A stretch of DNA of 64,000 nucleotides from an uncultured Chloroflexia bacterium (GTDB taxonomy: Bacteria > Chloroflexota > Limnocylindria > Limnocylindrales > CSP1-4): contig CAVSXV010000013.1 of the NCBI GenBank assembly GCA_963731995.1, positions 227,310 through 291,309 of the forward strand. The letters run 5' to 3'. The position numbers and the translations under genes were made by a program. The notes below the pieces were generated by a model that did no database searches, was not told where the DNA came from, and was given only the letters and a program-made list of their open reading frames with translations. Shown here piece after piece: positions 43,763 to 53,378 of this stretch. Each line of letters starts with the position of its first letter. The stretch's first letter is position 1.

Positions 43763-44818
43763 TCAGTGACCCGAGAACGACGACGAGGCGAACGGCAGCG
43801 AGAAGCTGAACGTCGAGCCCTCGCCCTCGACGGAGTCGAGCCAGATGCTGCCGCCGTGCGCCTCCGCGATGTGGCGAGCGATGGCCAGACCCAGGCCCGT
43901 GCCCCCTTGGCCGCGCTGGCGGGCTCGGTCGACCTTGTAGAAGCGCTCGAAGACCCGCTGCTGGTCCCTCGGCGGGATGCCGACCCCGTGGTCGATGACC
44001 GAGACCACGGCCGCGTCGGGATGCTCATCGGCTGCCACCGTGACATCGCCCCCGTCGGGCGAGAACTTGATGGCGTTATGCAGCAGGTTCAGGAGCAGCT
44101 GGTCCAGACGCTCCTCGTCGCCGCGGACCGGCGGCAGGTCGTCCGGTACCCGGACCACGAGCGTCACACCCTGGCGCTGGGCGAACGTCTCGACGTGTCG
44201 CAGGCTGGCGCGCACCAGCGGCCCCAGGGCGACCTCGTCGTGGCGCACCCGCACCGCGGCGTTCTCCATCCGCGAGAGGTCGAGCAGCTCGTTGATCATC
44301 TGTACCAAGTGGCCGCTCTCGACGTCGATGGTGGCGACGCGCTCTCGCACCCGCTCGGGGACGTCGAGCTCCGCCAGCTCGTCGCTGAGCATCTCGGTGA
44401 GCAGACGCACGTTGGCCAACGGCGTCCGCAGCTCGTGGCTGAGGTTGTCGATGAACTCGTTGCGGATGCGCCGCAGACGCTGCAGCTCGGTCACGTTCTC
44501 GATGGTGACCCAGGCACCGCCACCGGACGCAGGGCGAGCTCGTACGACGAGGCTGGCGCGATCGCGCGAGTCCGATTCGTGGCTGCCGACCTGCCCTCTG
44601 CTGGCCGCGCGCACGAGGGCCTCCAGACGGTGATCGACGAACGTCTCCATCACCGACCGGCCCACGAGCGAGCCCGGACGGCGCTCGAGGGCGCGGTGGG
44701 CGGAGAGGTTGGCGGTCTGGACGCGGAGCTGCGGATCGAACCGGATCAGCCCGATGGAGGCCTGATCGGCGACCTGAGCGATCTCATCAGCGAGATGGTC
44801 GAGGGGCTCACCTGGCAT
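43763..44818 (-). CDS. PAS-domain sensor histidine kinase (SenX3/PhoR-like, no TM segment seen)
   Basis: H-box SHELRTPL, N-box LLHNAIKFS, G-box GTGLGLAIARHI. N-terminal PAS-like region. Confidence 0.85.
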   Translation of the reverse strand: MPGEPLDHLADEIAQVADQASIGLIRFDPQLRVQTANLSAHRALERRPGSLVGRSVMETFVDHRLEALVRAASRGQVGSHESDSRDRASLVVRARPASGGGAWVTIENVTELQRLRRIRNEFIDNLSHELRTPLANVRLLTEMLSDELAELDVPERVRERVATIDVESGHLVQMINELLDLSRMENAAVRVRHDEVALGPLVRASLRHVETFAQRQGVTLVVRVPDDLPPVRGDEERLDQLLLNLLHNAIKFSPDGGDVTVAADEHPDAAVVSVIDHGVGIPPRDQQRVFERFYKVDRARQRGQGGTGLGLAIARHIAEAHGGSIWLDSVEGEGSTFSFSLPFASSSFSGH

Positions 44819-44879
44819 GGTCGTAGGATAGGCTCGCCGTCGTTCTCATCCAGCCTGCCAGGCGTGAAGCGGGGCCGGG

Positions 44880-45599
44880 CTACTCGGGCAGACGCAGGAC
44901 GTAGCCGACGCCTCGGACCGTCTGCAGGTACTGGGGCCTGCTCGGTTCCAGCTCGATGGCCGAACGCAGCCAGTGGACGTGCACGTCGACGGTACGGGTC
45001 TCACCCGCGTAGTCGTAGCCCCATACCTGCTCGAGCAGCTGGTCGCGACTGAAGACGTGACCGGGGTTACGCACGAGGAAGGCCAGCAACTCGAAGGCCT
45101 TGGGTTTCATCGGTAGATCAGCGTGATCACGCACCAGCCGATGACCGGCCAGGTCAACGGTGACCGCGCCGAGCCGGACGGGAGCGGGAGCGGCCTCGCC
45201 CGAGTCCATGGACTCGCCGGCGGTCGACGGGCTCGCGTCGAGCCGGCGCAGCTGGGACCGGATGCGAGCCATGAGCTCGCGCAGGCTGAAGGGCTTGGTG
45301 ACGTAGTCATCGGCGCCTAGCTCGAGGCCCACGACCTTGTCGATCTCGTTGTCCTTGGCCGTGAGCATGATGATCGGCAGCGACGACTCCCGACGCACGA
45401 TCCGACAAACCTCGATGCCACTCACCTGCGGGAGCATGAGATCGAGCAGCATCAGGTCCGGCATGACCGCACGAAACTGCTCCAATGCCTCCTTGCCGTC
45501 CGCGGCGGTGGCCACCCGCAGGCCATCCTGCTCGAGCGCCTCCGCGAGCGTCTCGCGCAGCGTGGGCTCGTCATCGACCACGAGGATGGTGCGGACCAT
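44880..45599 (-). CDS. OmpR-family response regulator (RegX3/PhoP-like)
   Basis: ILVVDDEP..LMLLDLMLP..TAKD..DDYVTKPF plus a winged helix VWGYDYAGETRTVDVHVHWLR. Start set at ATG 45599. Confidence 0.9.
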   Translation of the reverse strand: MVRTILVVDDEPTLRETLAEALEQDGLRVATAADGKEALEQFRAVMPDLMLLDLMLPQVSGIEVCRIVRRESSLPIIMLTAKDNEIDKVVGLELGADDYVTKPFSLRELMARIRSQLRRLDASPSTAGESMDSGEAAPAPVRLGAVTVDLAGHRLVRDHADLPMKPKAFELLAFLVRNPGHVFSRDQLLEQVWGYDYAGETRTVDVHVHWLRSAIELEPSRPQYLQTVRGVGYVLRLPE

Positions 45600-45601
45600 C
45601 G

Positions 45602-46012
45602 TCAGCCGTCGAGACGTGCGATCGGACTGGGTGCTCGCATCCACCACTCGCGAAGATCGCGGCAGCGACCCTCGTCGTCGAAGCGGCAGACGAAGATGTT
45701 GCTGAATTCCTCACGCGTGCCATCCTCGTGGGTGTAGCGCGTGGAGCCCACACCGACGTGCACCTGATCCTCGATCACCAGCGGCTCGTAGGCCGCCTCC
45801 CAGACGAGGTCAGGCTCATAGGCGTGCTCCAGCCAGGCCTTCACGACAGCCGCGCGACCCTCGGTCGCGGTCTGCCCACCATCCTGGCTGTAGGTCACGT
45901 CCTCGCTGAAGAGATCGCCGATGTCAGCAGGGTCGCCACTGCGCCAGGCCGCCAGATAGCGGTCCAGCCAGCTCGCGAAATCGTCGCGGGAGAGATGCAT
46001 GTCAATCCTCAC
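45602..46012 (-). CDS. SnoaL/NTF2-like fold protein
   Basis: FASWLDRYLAAWRSGDPADIGDLFSEDVTY. The alternative start ATG 46000 avoids overlap with gltX. Confidence 0.65.
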   Translation of the reverse strand: MRIDMHLSRDDFASWLDRYLAAWRSGDPADIGDLFSEDVTYSQDGGQTATEGRAAVVKAWLEHAYEPDLVWEAAYEPLVIEDQVHVGVGSTRYTHEDGTREEFSNIFVCRFDDEGRCRDLREWWMRAPSPIARLDG

Positions 46013-47504
46013 TCGGCAGGGCGGTGGCCAGCACGGTGGCGGCCTTCAAGCGGTCGATGGTGGTCCCGTAGCCGATGGCGACCATGACGTCGAACAAGGG
46101 CGGGGTGGCGGCCCGTCCGGTGATGGCCACACGGATGGCCATGAAGAGGTCGCCGACCTTCCAGCCGTGCTGCTCACAGAGCGCCCGCAGGGCTGGCTCC
46201 AGCTCATCAGCCTCGAAGCTCACCTCGCCCAGGGCCTCGATGACCCGGCTGGCCTCGGCCAGGCCGATGGTGGTGGTGGCAGCGTCCCAGCGCCTGGGCA
46301 CGAGGATGGCCGGGTCCACCTCGATGTCCTCGATGAACACGAAGTCGAGCATGGGTCCGATGGCGTCGAGGCGGGGCAGGCGCTCGATGACCATGGGCAG
46401 GAGCGGTGCCAAGGCGTCGGCGGTGGGTCGGCGCACGCGATGGCCCTCGGCCGCTGCGACCTCCACAGCGGCCGCCAGGAACGGCAGCGCCCGCTCCACG
46501 AGATCGACCTGCGGTAGCCGGCGGATCCACTGCCCGTTGAGCCAGTCGAGTCGCTCGGCGTCGAAGATGGCGCCGGACGGCTGGACACGGGAGAGCTCGA
46601 AGCGCGCGGCCAGCTCGTCGAGGCTGAAGAGGTCCTCGTCATCGCCGCTGCTCCAGCCGAGGAGCGCGAGGTGGTTGACGATGGCCTCCTTTACATAGCC
46701 TTGCTCACGATAGGCATCCATAGCCGTCTGGCTCTTGCGCTTGGACATCTTGGAGCGGTCGGGGTTGAGGATCAGCGGCAGGTGCGCGAAGAGCGGCGGT
46801 TCGGCGCCGAGCGCGCGGAAGAGCAGCACGTGCTTGGGCGTGTTGGAGAGATGGTCCTCGCCACGGATGACGTGGGTGATGGCCATCGCGATGTCATCGA
46901 CCACGACGACGAAGTGGTACAGCGGCGAGCCGTCCGAGCGGGCGATGACGAGGTCACCGCCGAGTTGCGCGGTATCGATGCTGACGTGGCCACGAACGAG
47001 GTCGTCGAACTCCACGACCCCCGTCCCGATGCGGAAGCGGACCACCGACTCGCGGCCCTCTGCGCGCCTGGCCTCGCGTTCAGCCTCGCTCAGCCCGGCA
47101 CAGCGGCCGCTGTAGCCGGACAGCTCCGGGTCAGCCTGCTTGTCGGCAGCCCGTTCCTCGGCGGTGCAGAAGCAGGGATAGGCCTTGTCCTCGGCCAGCA
47201 GGCGCTCGATGGCTTGTACGTACAGGTCCCCGCGCTCGGATTGGCGATAGGGACCGAAGGCGCCGACGGCATCCCGACCAGCCACCTCGGGACCCTCGTC
47301 CCACTCGATGCCCAGCCAGTGCAGCCCGTCGAGGATGTCCTGCTCGAATCCCACCGTCGAACGCGCCTTGTCGGTGTCTTCGAGCCGCAGCACGAAGGTG
47401 CCACCCGTCTGGCGCGCGAAGAGATAGTTGAACAGTGCGGTCCGGGCCGTGCCGATGTGCAGCGGTCCAGTGGGGCTGGGCGCGATACGGCACCGCGTCG
47501 TCAT
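46002..47504 (-). CDS. gltX: glutamate--tRNA ligase
   Basis: PSPTGPLHIGTARTAL (HIGH) and KMSKRKS (KMSKS). Confidence 0.95.
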   Translation of the reverse strand: MTTRCRIAPSPTGPLHIGTARTALFNYLFARQTGGTFVLRLEDTDKARSTVGFEQDILDGLHWLGIEWDEGPEVAGRDAVGAFGPYRQSERGDLYVQAIERLLAEDKAYPCFCTAEERAADKQADPELSGYSGRCAGLSEAEREARRAEGRESVVRFRIGTGVVEFDDLVRGHVSIDTAQLGGDLVIARSDGSPLYHFVVVVDDIAMAITHVIRGEDHLSNTPKHVLLFRALGAEPPLFAHLPLILNPDRSKMSKRKSQTAMDAYREQGYVKEAIVNHLALLGWSSGDDEDLFSLDELAARFELSRVQPSGAIFDAERLDWLNGQWIRRLPQVDLVERALPFLAAAVEVAAAEGHRVRRPTADALAPLLPMVIERLPRLDAIGPMLDFVFIEDIEVDPAILVPRRWDAATTTIGLAEASRVIEALGEVSFEADELEPALRALCEQHGWKVGDLFMAIRVAITGRAATPPLFDVMVAIGYGTTIDRLKAATVLATALPSED

Positions 47505-48145
47505 CTTCGGGTCTTCTCCTCTTCATCGGCCGCGATCTTGCGTGCTTCGGCGCCGGTCACCACCTGCGTCCCACGGTAGCGCCACACGCCGCGCGAGGGG
47601 AGGTCGTCCGTACCGCGCCGGAAATGCTTCCTCGCCGCGGCAGACCAGGCAGCACCGCTGGAGCGGTCGAACACGTCGAAGTCGCCCGGGGCCTCATCGT
47701 CCGACGGTGGCTGCGACAGCGGCTGCGCTCTTGTGGTCGATGCGGGCGGCCGAGCTCCGGGCCGGAAGTCTTCCCACCAGGGCACGTGCTCGGCCGACCA
47801 GGTGCGTGACCGCGGCGTGGGCCTCCGGGGCCGTCGTCGGATCCGCGTCGAGCCGGGCTTCGGTCGCCGCCTCAGTGTGGCGGCACCGGCCGTGGGCCGG
47901 CGACTACCGGCTGCCCGGACCGGCCCGGGGGCGTGGGCCCGATCCCACTCGTAGCGTCGACCCGGATCCGACAGGAGCTGGTAGGCCTCCTGGACCGCCA
48001 GGAAGCGCGATTCGTCGCCGCTCGAGCCATCGGGGTGGTAACGCTTGGCCAAGCGGCGATGCGCGGCCTTGATCTGGGCCGGGGTAGCAGCACGAAGGAC
48101 ACCCAGGATGCGGTAGGGGTCGCTGCTCGGCTGGAGGTGCGCCAT
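47501..48145 (-). CDS. J-domain (DnaJ-like) protein with basic disordered middle region
   Basis: DPYRILGV..AHRRLAKRYHPD..AYQLLSDPGRRYEWD. ATGA overlap with gltX. Confidence 0.75.
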   Translation of the reverse strand: MAHLQPSSDPYRILGVLRAATPAQIKAAHRRLAKRYHPDGSSGDESRFLAVQEAYQLLSDPGRRYEWDRAHAPGPVRAAGSRRPTAGAATLRRRPKPGSTRIRRRPRRPTPRSRTWSAEHVPWWEDFRPGARPPASTTRAQPLSQPPSDDEAPGDFDVFDRSSGAAWSAAARKHFRRGTDDLPSRGVWRYRGTQVVTGAEARKIAADEEEKTRR

Positions 48146-48163
48146 CGCTTGTCGTGAGCCTCG

Positions 48164-49339
48164 CTACGGACGTTGGCCCTGGCCGACCAACTCGAAGTGC
48201 GCGACGGCGCTGGCGGCCTCGGCTCCCCCCGGGGCACTGACGGTGGGGTGATGATAGGCGGCCAGCGCGCGCAGGTCGCGATCGTCGAGGACCCCGACCT
48301 GGGCGAGCGTCTCCACCGAGGTGGCCTTGAGCGCTCGGCGCGACTGATCGCCGTCCTCGATCTTGATGGCGATAGCGCTGGCCTCGACACCATCGGCAGC
48401 CAGCAGGCCGATGGCCCGCATGCCATCCGCGCCGGCCTTGACCACCAGCCGGCCCGGCCGACGACGCATGAGCTCGGTGTCGAGGTTGTCGTAGGTGCCG
48501 CCGACCATCTCGGGCGCGCCCATCATCGCGTCCCGGACCCGCAGCAGGGCCGGGGCTGACTCGGCGCGAGCACCGTCGACCGACGGGCCCTCGGGGTCGG
48601 CCAGCATCAGGTAGGCGCGGGCCAGTTCCAGGAGCGTGGTCTCGTAGGTCAGCAGGCCGCAGTTGTCGATGGCGGTCTTGAGTGTGTCCGGGTCGCGCCC
48701 GAACAACCGGGCCACGGTCTGGAGCACGGCGGCCTGACTGGGGTGCCTCGGGTCGGCGTAGTCCTCGAGCGACCAGCCGGCGTAGGCGCTCAGGAGGATC
48801 GACGCGGCGTGGAAGCCGGAGCAGCCATGTCGTACGGCGCCGGGCGTCTCCCCATCACGTGCCAGGCGGGCCGCGGTGAGGGCATCGGCGGGCGCTCCGT
48901 CGGTGCCGCACTGCAGCAACGCCTGGGTCACGTTCGCGCGGCGGAAGATAGCCTGCAGCGTCCGCACGTGCTTGTCCTCGCCGGTATGCGAGGCGCACAT
49001 GATGGCCAGCTCCGACGGTGTCAGGGCCAGGTCGTCGGCGGCACCGGACTCGATGAGCGCGACCACGCTGAAGGGCTTGACCGTGGAGCGGAGCATGATC
49101 TCCGTGCTCGGGGCGCCCACGACCCGGACCGCCTTCCCCGAAGCGTCCACCTGCACGATGTGGCCACGGTGGCGGCTCTCGACGGTGTCGCCGCGCCGGA
49201 CCTCTACGAGCACGGGCGGTGCCGAACCCTTGCGCGTTCGCGAGGAGCGTTTCCGCGGGCGTGGCGAGGCAGCAGCGGGCACGTCGGGGGCATCACCGCC
49301 CTCGCTGGGGAACGGGGGCAGGGACGGTCGTTCAGGCAC
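48164..49339 (-). CDS. asparaginase II-family (pfam06089-like) protein
   Basis: VEVRRGDTVESRHRGHIV..RSTVKPF..MCASHTGE..HGCSGFH. The low-complexity N-terminus makes the start uncertain. Confidence 0.7.
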   Translation of the reverse strand: MPERPSLPPFPSEGGDAPDVPAAASPRPRKRSSRTRKGSAPPVLVEVRRGDTVESRHRGHIVQVDASGKAVRVVGAPSTEIMLRSTVKPFSVVALIESGAADDLALTPSELAIMCASHTGEDKHVRTLQAIFRRANVTQALLQCGTDGAPADALTAARLARDGETPGAVRHGCSGFHAASILLSAYAGWSLEDYADPRHPSQAAVLQTVARLFGRDPDTLKTAIDNCGLLTYETTLLELARAYLMLADPEGPSVDGARAESAPALLRVRDAMMGAPEMVGGTYDNLDTELMRRRPGRLVVKAGADGMRAIGLLAADGVEASAIAIKIEDGDQSRRALKATSVETLAQVGVLDDRDLRALAAYHHPTVSAPGGAEAASAVAHFELVGQGQRP

Positions 49340-49431
49340 GACCCGATGGTATCGCGGGTGCGCCCGACCGGTGAAAGGCCGGGGCCGTAGAATCAGGACT
49401 CGCCATCCTGTTCGTACCTCGGAGGCGGCAC

Positions 49432-50070
49432 GTGCCCGACCAGCCCAACCTCTTCGTCTCGAAGCATCCCGCAGTACTGCACAAGCTGGCGCTGCTGCGC
49501 GACGAGCGGACCGAACCCAAGAAGTTCCGGGAGCTGGTCCGCGAGATCAGCTGGCTCGTGGGCTACGAAGCCCTCGCTGACACGCCCCTCAACAAGATCG
49601 AGATCCGGACGCCGCTCGAGGTGACCACCGGTCACGAGCTGGCCGAGCGCATCGGGCTGGTGCCCATCCTGCGGGCCGGCCTGGGCATGGTCGATGCCTT
49701 CCTCGAGCTCTTCCCCGTGTCACAGGTGTGGCACCTGGGCCTCTTCCGCGACGAGCGTACCCTGCGACCGGTGGAGTACTACAACAAGCTGCCCGACCAG
49801 ACCACCGTCGACACCTGCCTCATCCTCGACCCCATGCTCGCGACGGGCGGCTCAGCCACGGCCGCCATCGAGGTGCTCAAGGACTGGGGTGCCAAACGCA
49901 TCAAGATGGTCAACCTCATCGCCGCCCCCGAGGGCGTGGCGGCGGTCAGCGAAGCTCATCCGGACGTGGCCATGTACTGCGCGGCCCTCGACCGCCAGCT
50001 CAACGAGAAGGGCTACATCCAGCCCGGGCTCGGCGACGCCGGTGACCGCCAGTTCGGCACCGGCCTCTAG
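49432..50070 (+). CDS. upp: uracil phosphoribosyltransferase
   Basis: [49 protein letters not shown]. Confidence 0.95.
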   Translation: MPDQPNLFVSKHPAVLHKLALLRDERTEPKKFRELVREISWLVGYEALADTPLNKIEIRTPLEVTTGHELAERIGLVPILRAGLGMVDAFLELFPVSQVWHLGLFRDERTLRPVEYYNKLPDQTTVDTCLILDPMLATGGSATAAIEVLKDWGAKRIKMVNLIAAPEGVAAVSEAHPDVAMYCAALDRQLNEKGYIQPGLGDAGDRQFGTGL

Positions 50071-50096
50071 CGACGCCTGACGTCGACATCGCCGGC

Positions 50097-51047
50097 ATGG
50101 CACAGGATCCACGCCCGGCCCTGCTGTGCATCACGCCGGCCCCGGCCATCGATCGGACCGCACATGTGGAGCGCATCGCACACGACGAGGTGCTGCGCCC
50201 GGTCGAGATGTTCGTGCTGCCCGGCGGCAAGGGCGTGAATGCTGCCCGCGCAGCAGTGGCCCTGGGCGGTCGGGTCATCACCACCGGTATGGCCGGCGGT
50301 CATGCTGGGCGCTGGATCGTGGAGGGGCTCGCGGCTGAAGGCCTCGAGCCGCACTGGTCGTTCGCCAGGGCCGAGGCCCGGACCGCCTATGTGATCGTCG
50401 ATGCGTCGGGCGAGTCCGTGCTGGTGTACGAACGACCGACCGTCGCGACCGCTGATGAGTTCGCGTCGTTCCTGCGCCTGCTCGAGGAGCGGCTGCTGCC
50501 CGCCAGTGCCCGCGCAGTGGTGGCCGGCTCCATCCCCGCCGGTCCGCCGGCATCCGGCCACGGCGCCATCGTGGAAGCTGCGCACCGAGCGCGGGTGCCA
50601 CTGCTGGTGGACGCCTCCGGACCGGGACTGGTGGCTGCGCTCGCAGCCGGCCCCGACATCGTCAAGATCGGCCGCATCGAGGCGGTGGAGTCGGGGATCG
50701 TCGAGGCAGACGCTTCGGCCGTGGATGCCGCCGTGGCGCTGGTCGAGCGTGGCGCGCGTCTCGCCGTGGCCACCGACGGTGCCGACGAGGTCGCCGCGGC
50801 CGACAGCACGACGGTCTGGCGCCTGGCCGTGCCCCGGCTGCGGGCAGTGAACCCGGTGGGCTCGGGCGACAGCTTCAATGCCGCGCTCTCGCTGGCACTG
50901 ATGGATGGTGCCGACACCCGGACGGCACTGGTGAAGGGCGTCGCCGCAGGGTCAGCCAATGCGCTCACCAAGAGTGCGGCCTCGCTCGACCCGCGCATCG
51001 CGGCCGGGCTCGAGGATGATGTGCAGGTCACGACCATCGAGAGGTAA
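50097..51047 (+). CDS. PfkB-family sugar(-phosphate) kinase (1-phosphofructokinase/tagatose-6-P kinase-like)
   Basis: PGGKGVNAARA..NPVGSGDSFNAAL. Confidence 0.8.
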   Translation: MAQDPRPALLCITPAPAIDRTAHVERIAHDEVLRPVEMFVLPGGKGVNAARAAVALGGRVITTGMAGGHAGRWIVEGLAAEGLEPHWSFARAEARTAYVIVDASGESVLVYERPTVATADEFASFLRLLEERLLPASARAVVAGSIPAGPPASGHGAIVEAAHRARVPLLVDASGPGLVAALAAGPDIVKIGRIEAVESGIVEADASAVDAAVALVERGARLAVATDGADEVAAADSTTVWRLAVPRLRAVNPVGSGDSFNAALSLALMDGADTRTALVKGVAAGSANALTKSAASLDPRIAAGLEDDVQVTTIER

Positions 51048-51054
51048 GCCAGAC

Positions 51055-51858
51055 ATGGACCGACTCAAGGGACGCGGGGTCATCATCACCGGCGCCACCG
51101 GCATCGCTGCGGCCTCCGCCCGACGATTCGCGGCCGAGGGCGCGACGGTGGCTCTCGTCTCGCGCACCGCAGAGTCGGTGGAGGCCTTGGCCCAGGAGGT
51201 GATCGATGCGGGTGGCCGTGCCTATGCCGCCACGGCCGACCTCACCGACCTACCCGCGGCGCAGGCGGCGATCGCGTACGCCATCGATGCGCTCGGTCGC
51301 GTCGACGGGCTCTTCAACGTGGCCGGCGGCTCCGGCCGGCGGATGGGCGATGGCCCGTTGCACGAGCTCACGACCGAAGCCTACGAGGCCACGATGCGGC
51401 TCAATGCCACCACCCACGTGACGGTCACGGCGCCGGTGCTGCGGGCCATGCTGGCCCAGGAACCGGACGCCGATGGGGCTCGGGGGGCCATCGTGAACAT
51501 GGGCTCAGTGCTGGCCAGCGAGCCGGTGCCGGAGCTCTTCGCGACCCACGCCTACGCCACCTCCAAAGGGGCGGTGGCAGCGCTGACCACCACGGCCGCG
51601 GCCTACTACGCGCCACACGGCATCCGGGTCAACATGGTGGCGCCGGCCCTGACCGTCTCGCGCATGTCCCAGCGCGCGCAGACGGACGCGGCCACGCTGG
51701 CCTTCTCCCGGCGCAAGCAGCCCCTCGCGGGCGGCTTCATCCCGGCCGAGGACGTGGCCGAGGCGGCGGTGTACCTTCTCTCCCCGGAGTCGCGAGCGGT
51801 GACCGGCCAGACGATCGCCGTCGACGGCGGCTGGTCGGTGCTGCCGATCGGCGACTGA
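51055..51858 (+). CDS. SDR-family oxidoreductase
   Basis: GRGVIITGATGIAAASA..NMGS..YATSKGAV. Start set at ATG 51055. Confidence 0.85.
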   Translation: MDRLKGRGVIITGATGIAAASARRFAAEGATVALVSRTAESVEALAQEVIDAGGRAYAATADLTDLPAAQAAIAYAIDALGRVDGLFNVAGGSGRRMGDGPLHELTTEAYEATMRLNATTHVTVTAPVLRAMLAQEPDADGARGAIVNMGSVLASEPVPELFATHAYATSKGAVAALTTTAAAYYAPHGIRVNMVAPALTVSRMSQRAQTDAATLAFSRRKQPLAGGFIPAEDVAEAAVYLLSPESRAVTGQTIAVDGGWSVLPIGD

Positions 51859-51912
51859 CGCCGGCAGGCGCGACCACGGCACCACGGCACTGCCACCCCA
51901 GGAGGACGATCG

Positions 51913-52962
51913 ATGGCCCAGCCCTACCAACCCACTCCCCTGACGACCTCGGTCGTGGGCTCGCACACGCACCCAGGCTGGCTGGACCTGGCGGTGGCGG
52001 CAGCCGATCGTGGGGAGCTGGGCCCGCGGGACATCCGCGAGTTCGGTGACGATGCGGTCGACACCGCCATCCGTGACCAGGAGGACGCCGGGGTCGATGT
52101 CGTCTCGGAGGGCGAGATGCGCCGGGTGGGCTTCTTCACCGCGGAGTTCTACCGCCACCTCACCGGCGTGAGCCCACTTGAGCCCGAGCGGCGCCTTGGT
52201 CCGGCGGGCCACGACCAGCAGCACCGCTTCGAGGTGCTCGAGGCCATCGAAGCCCCGAACGGGCTGGGTGTCGTGGAGGAGTTCGAGTACGCCAGCACCC
52301 GGACCACGCGGCCCATCAAGGTCACCATCCCGGGGCCGTTCACGCTCTCGGGCCGTCTCTCGTATGGTCCCGGCGAGATCTACCCCGATCGCATCGCCGC
52401 AGCACGGGCGTTCGTACCCATCCTCGCCGCCGAGTTCGAGCGACTGGTCGAGGCCGGCGCCACGTACATCCAGATCGACGAGCCGTCACCGGCCATCCAC
52501 CCCGAGGCTTCGGACGAGTTCGCGGCGCTCTTCAACGATGCCGCGGCTGCGGTGCAGGGCCGGGTGACGCTGGCGGCACACCTCTGTTTCGGCAACTTCT
52601 ACGGGCGGCCGCTGTCGCGACGGCTGTATCGGCCGGTGCTGGAACAGGCCCTGGCCTTCGAGGTCAGCGAGTTCGTGCTCGAGTTCGCCAACCGTGAGAT
52701 GGCCGAGCTGGACGTGGCTGCCGACATCGCCGCTGCCGGGCGGCACCTCTCGGCCGGCGTCATCGACGTCAAGAACTACTACCTCGAGACGGCCGACGAC
52801 GTGGCCTGGCGCATCGACCGACTGTTGGAGGCGGGCGTGCCCGAAGCGCGGCTCTCGATCGTGCCCGACTGCGGCTTCAGCCAGACCGCACGCTGGGCCG
52901 TAAAGCCCAAGCTGGCCGCCATGGTCGCCGGCCGCGACCTCGTCCGGGACCGCTCCGCGTAG
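51913..52962 (+). CDS. cobalamin-independent methionine synthase (MetE C-terminal domain)-like protein
   Basis: TTSVVGSHTHPGW..VVSEGEMRR..IQIDEP..HLCFGN..PDCGF. Confidence 0.75.
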   Translation: MAQPYQPTPLTTSVVGSHTHPGWLDLAVAAADRGELGPRDIREFGDDAVDTAIRDQEDAGVDVVSEGEMRRVGFFTAEFYRHLTGVSPLEPERRLGPAGHDQQHRFEVLEAIEAPNGLGVVEEFEYASTRTTRPIKVTIPGPFTLSGRLSYGPGEIYPDRIAAARAFVPILAAEFERLVEAGATYIQIDEPSPAIHPEASDEFAALFNDAAAAVQGRVTLAAHLCFGNFYGRPLSRRLYRPVLEQALAFEVSEFVLEFANREMAELDVAADIAAAGRHLSAGVIDVKNYYLETADDVAWRIDRLLEAGVPEARLSIVPDCGFSQTARWAVKPKLAAMVAGRDLVRDRSA

Positions 52963-53077
52963 CACCCGGGGCCGCGCTCCGCACAGCTTCGGGGCCTGCT
53001 CCGCGTATCACCGACCCACCGCGCGCTACGGGTGCCATCGTGCTCCCGCGGCGGGTGCCGTCGTTCGTTGCCGGCCG

Positions 53078-53211
53078 TTGTCCCGTGGCCGCTGCCACTC
53101 GACCGGCGGACGGGCACTCCCTGGTCGCTTGTCCCAGCAGCCGGCCCATCCGACGCCCGAGCACGGGCGCTGGGGGAGCCGGCCGGTCGAGTGGCACCGG
53201 TCATGGGACAA
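53078..53211 (+). repeat. long imperfect inverted repeat (30-nt arms, 74-nt spacer) in a convergent intergenic region
   Basis: TTGTCCCGTGGCCGCTGCCACTCGACCGGC (53078-53107) versus GCCGGTCGAGTGGCACCGGTCATGGGACAA (53182-53211). 27/30 bases are complementary, and two of the three mismatches become G-U pairs if transcribed from the + strand. Confidence 0.6.
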
Positions 53212-53350
53212 GCGAACCCGGGGAGCCGCGCCAACGCCGCGCGACCGGACGAGGCCAGCGATGTGGCCGCGAGCCATGCTGAACCCGCGCCTCGCGGTTC
53301 GCGGTTCGCGGTTCGAAGCGTCGTCCGTGGCCGGGAGCGACGCCATGACG

Positions 53351-53378
53351 AAGGGCCGGCCCCGAAGGACCGGCCCTT
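53351..53378 (-). terminator. stem-loop downstream of the ABC/aminotransferase operon
   Basis: AAGGGCCGG..(10-nt loop)..CCGGCCCTT, 60 nt beyond the stop of the substrate-binding protein gene. The T-rich run (GTCGTTCTTCG) lies only on the + side, so it may be bidirectional. Confidence 0.45.
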
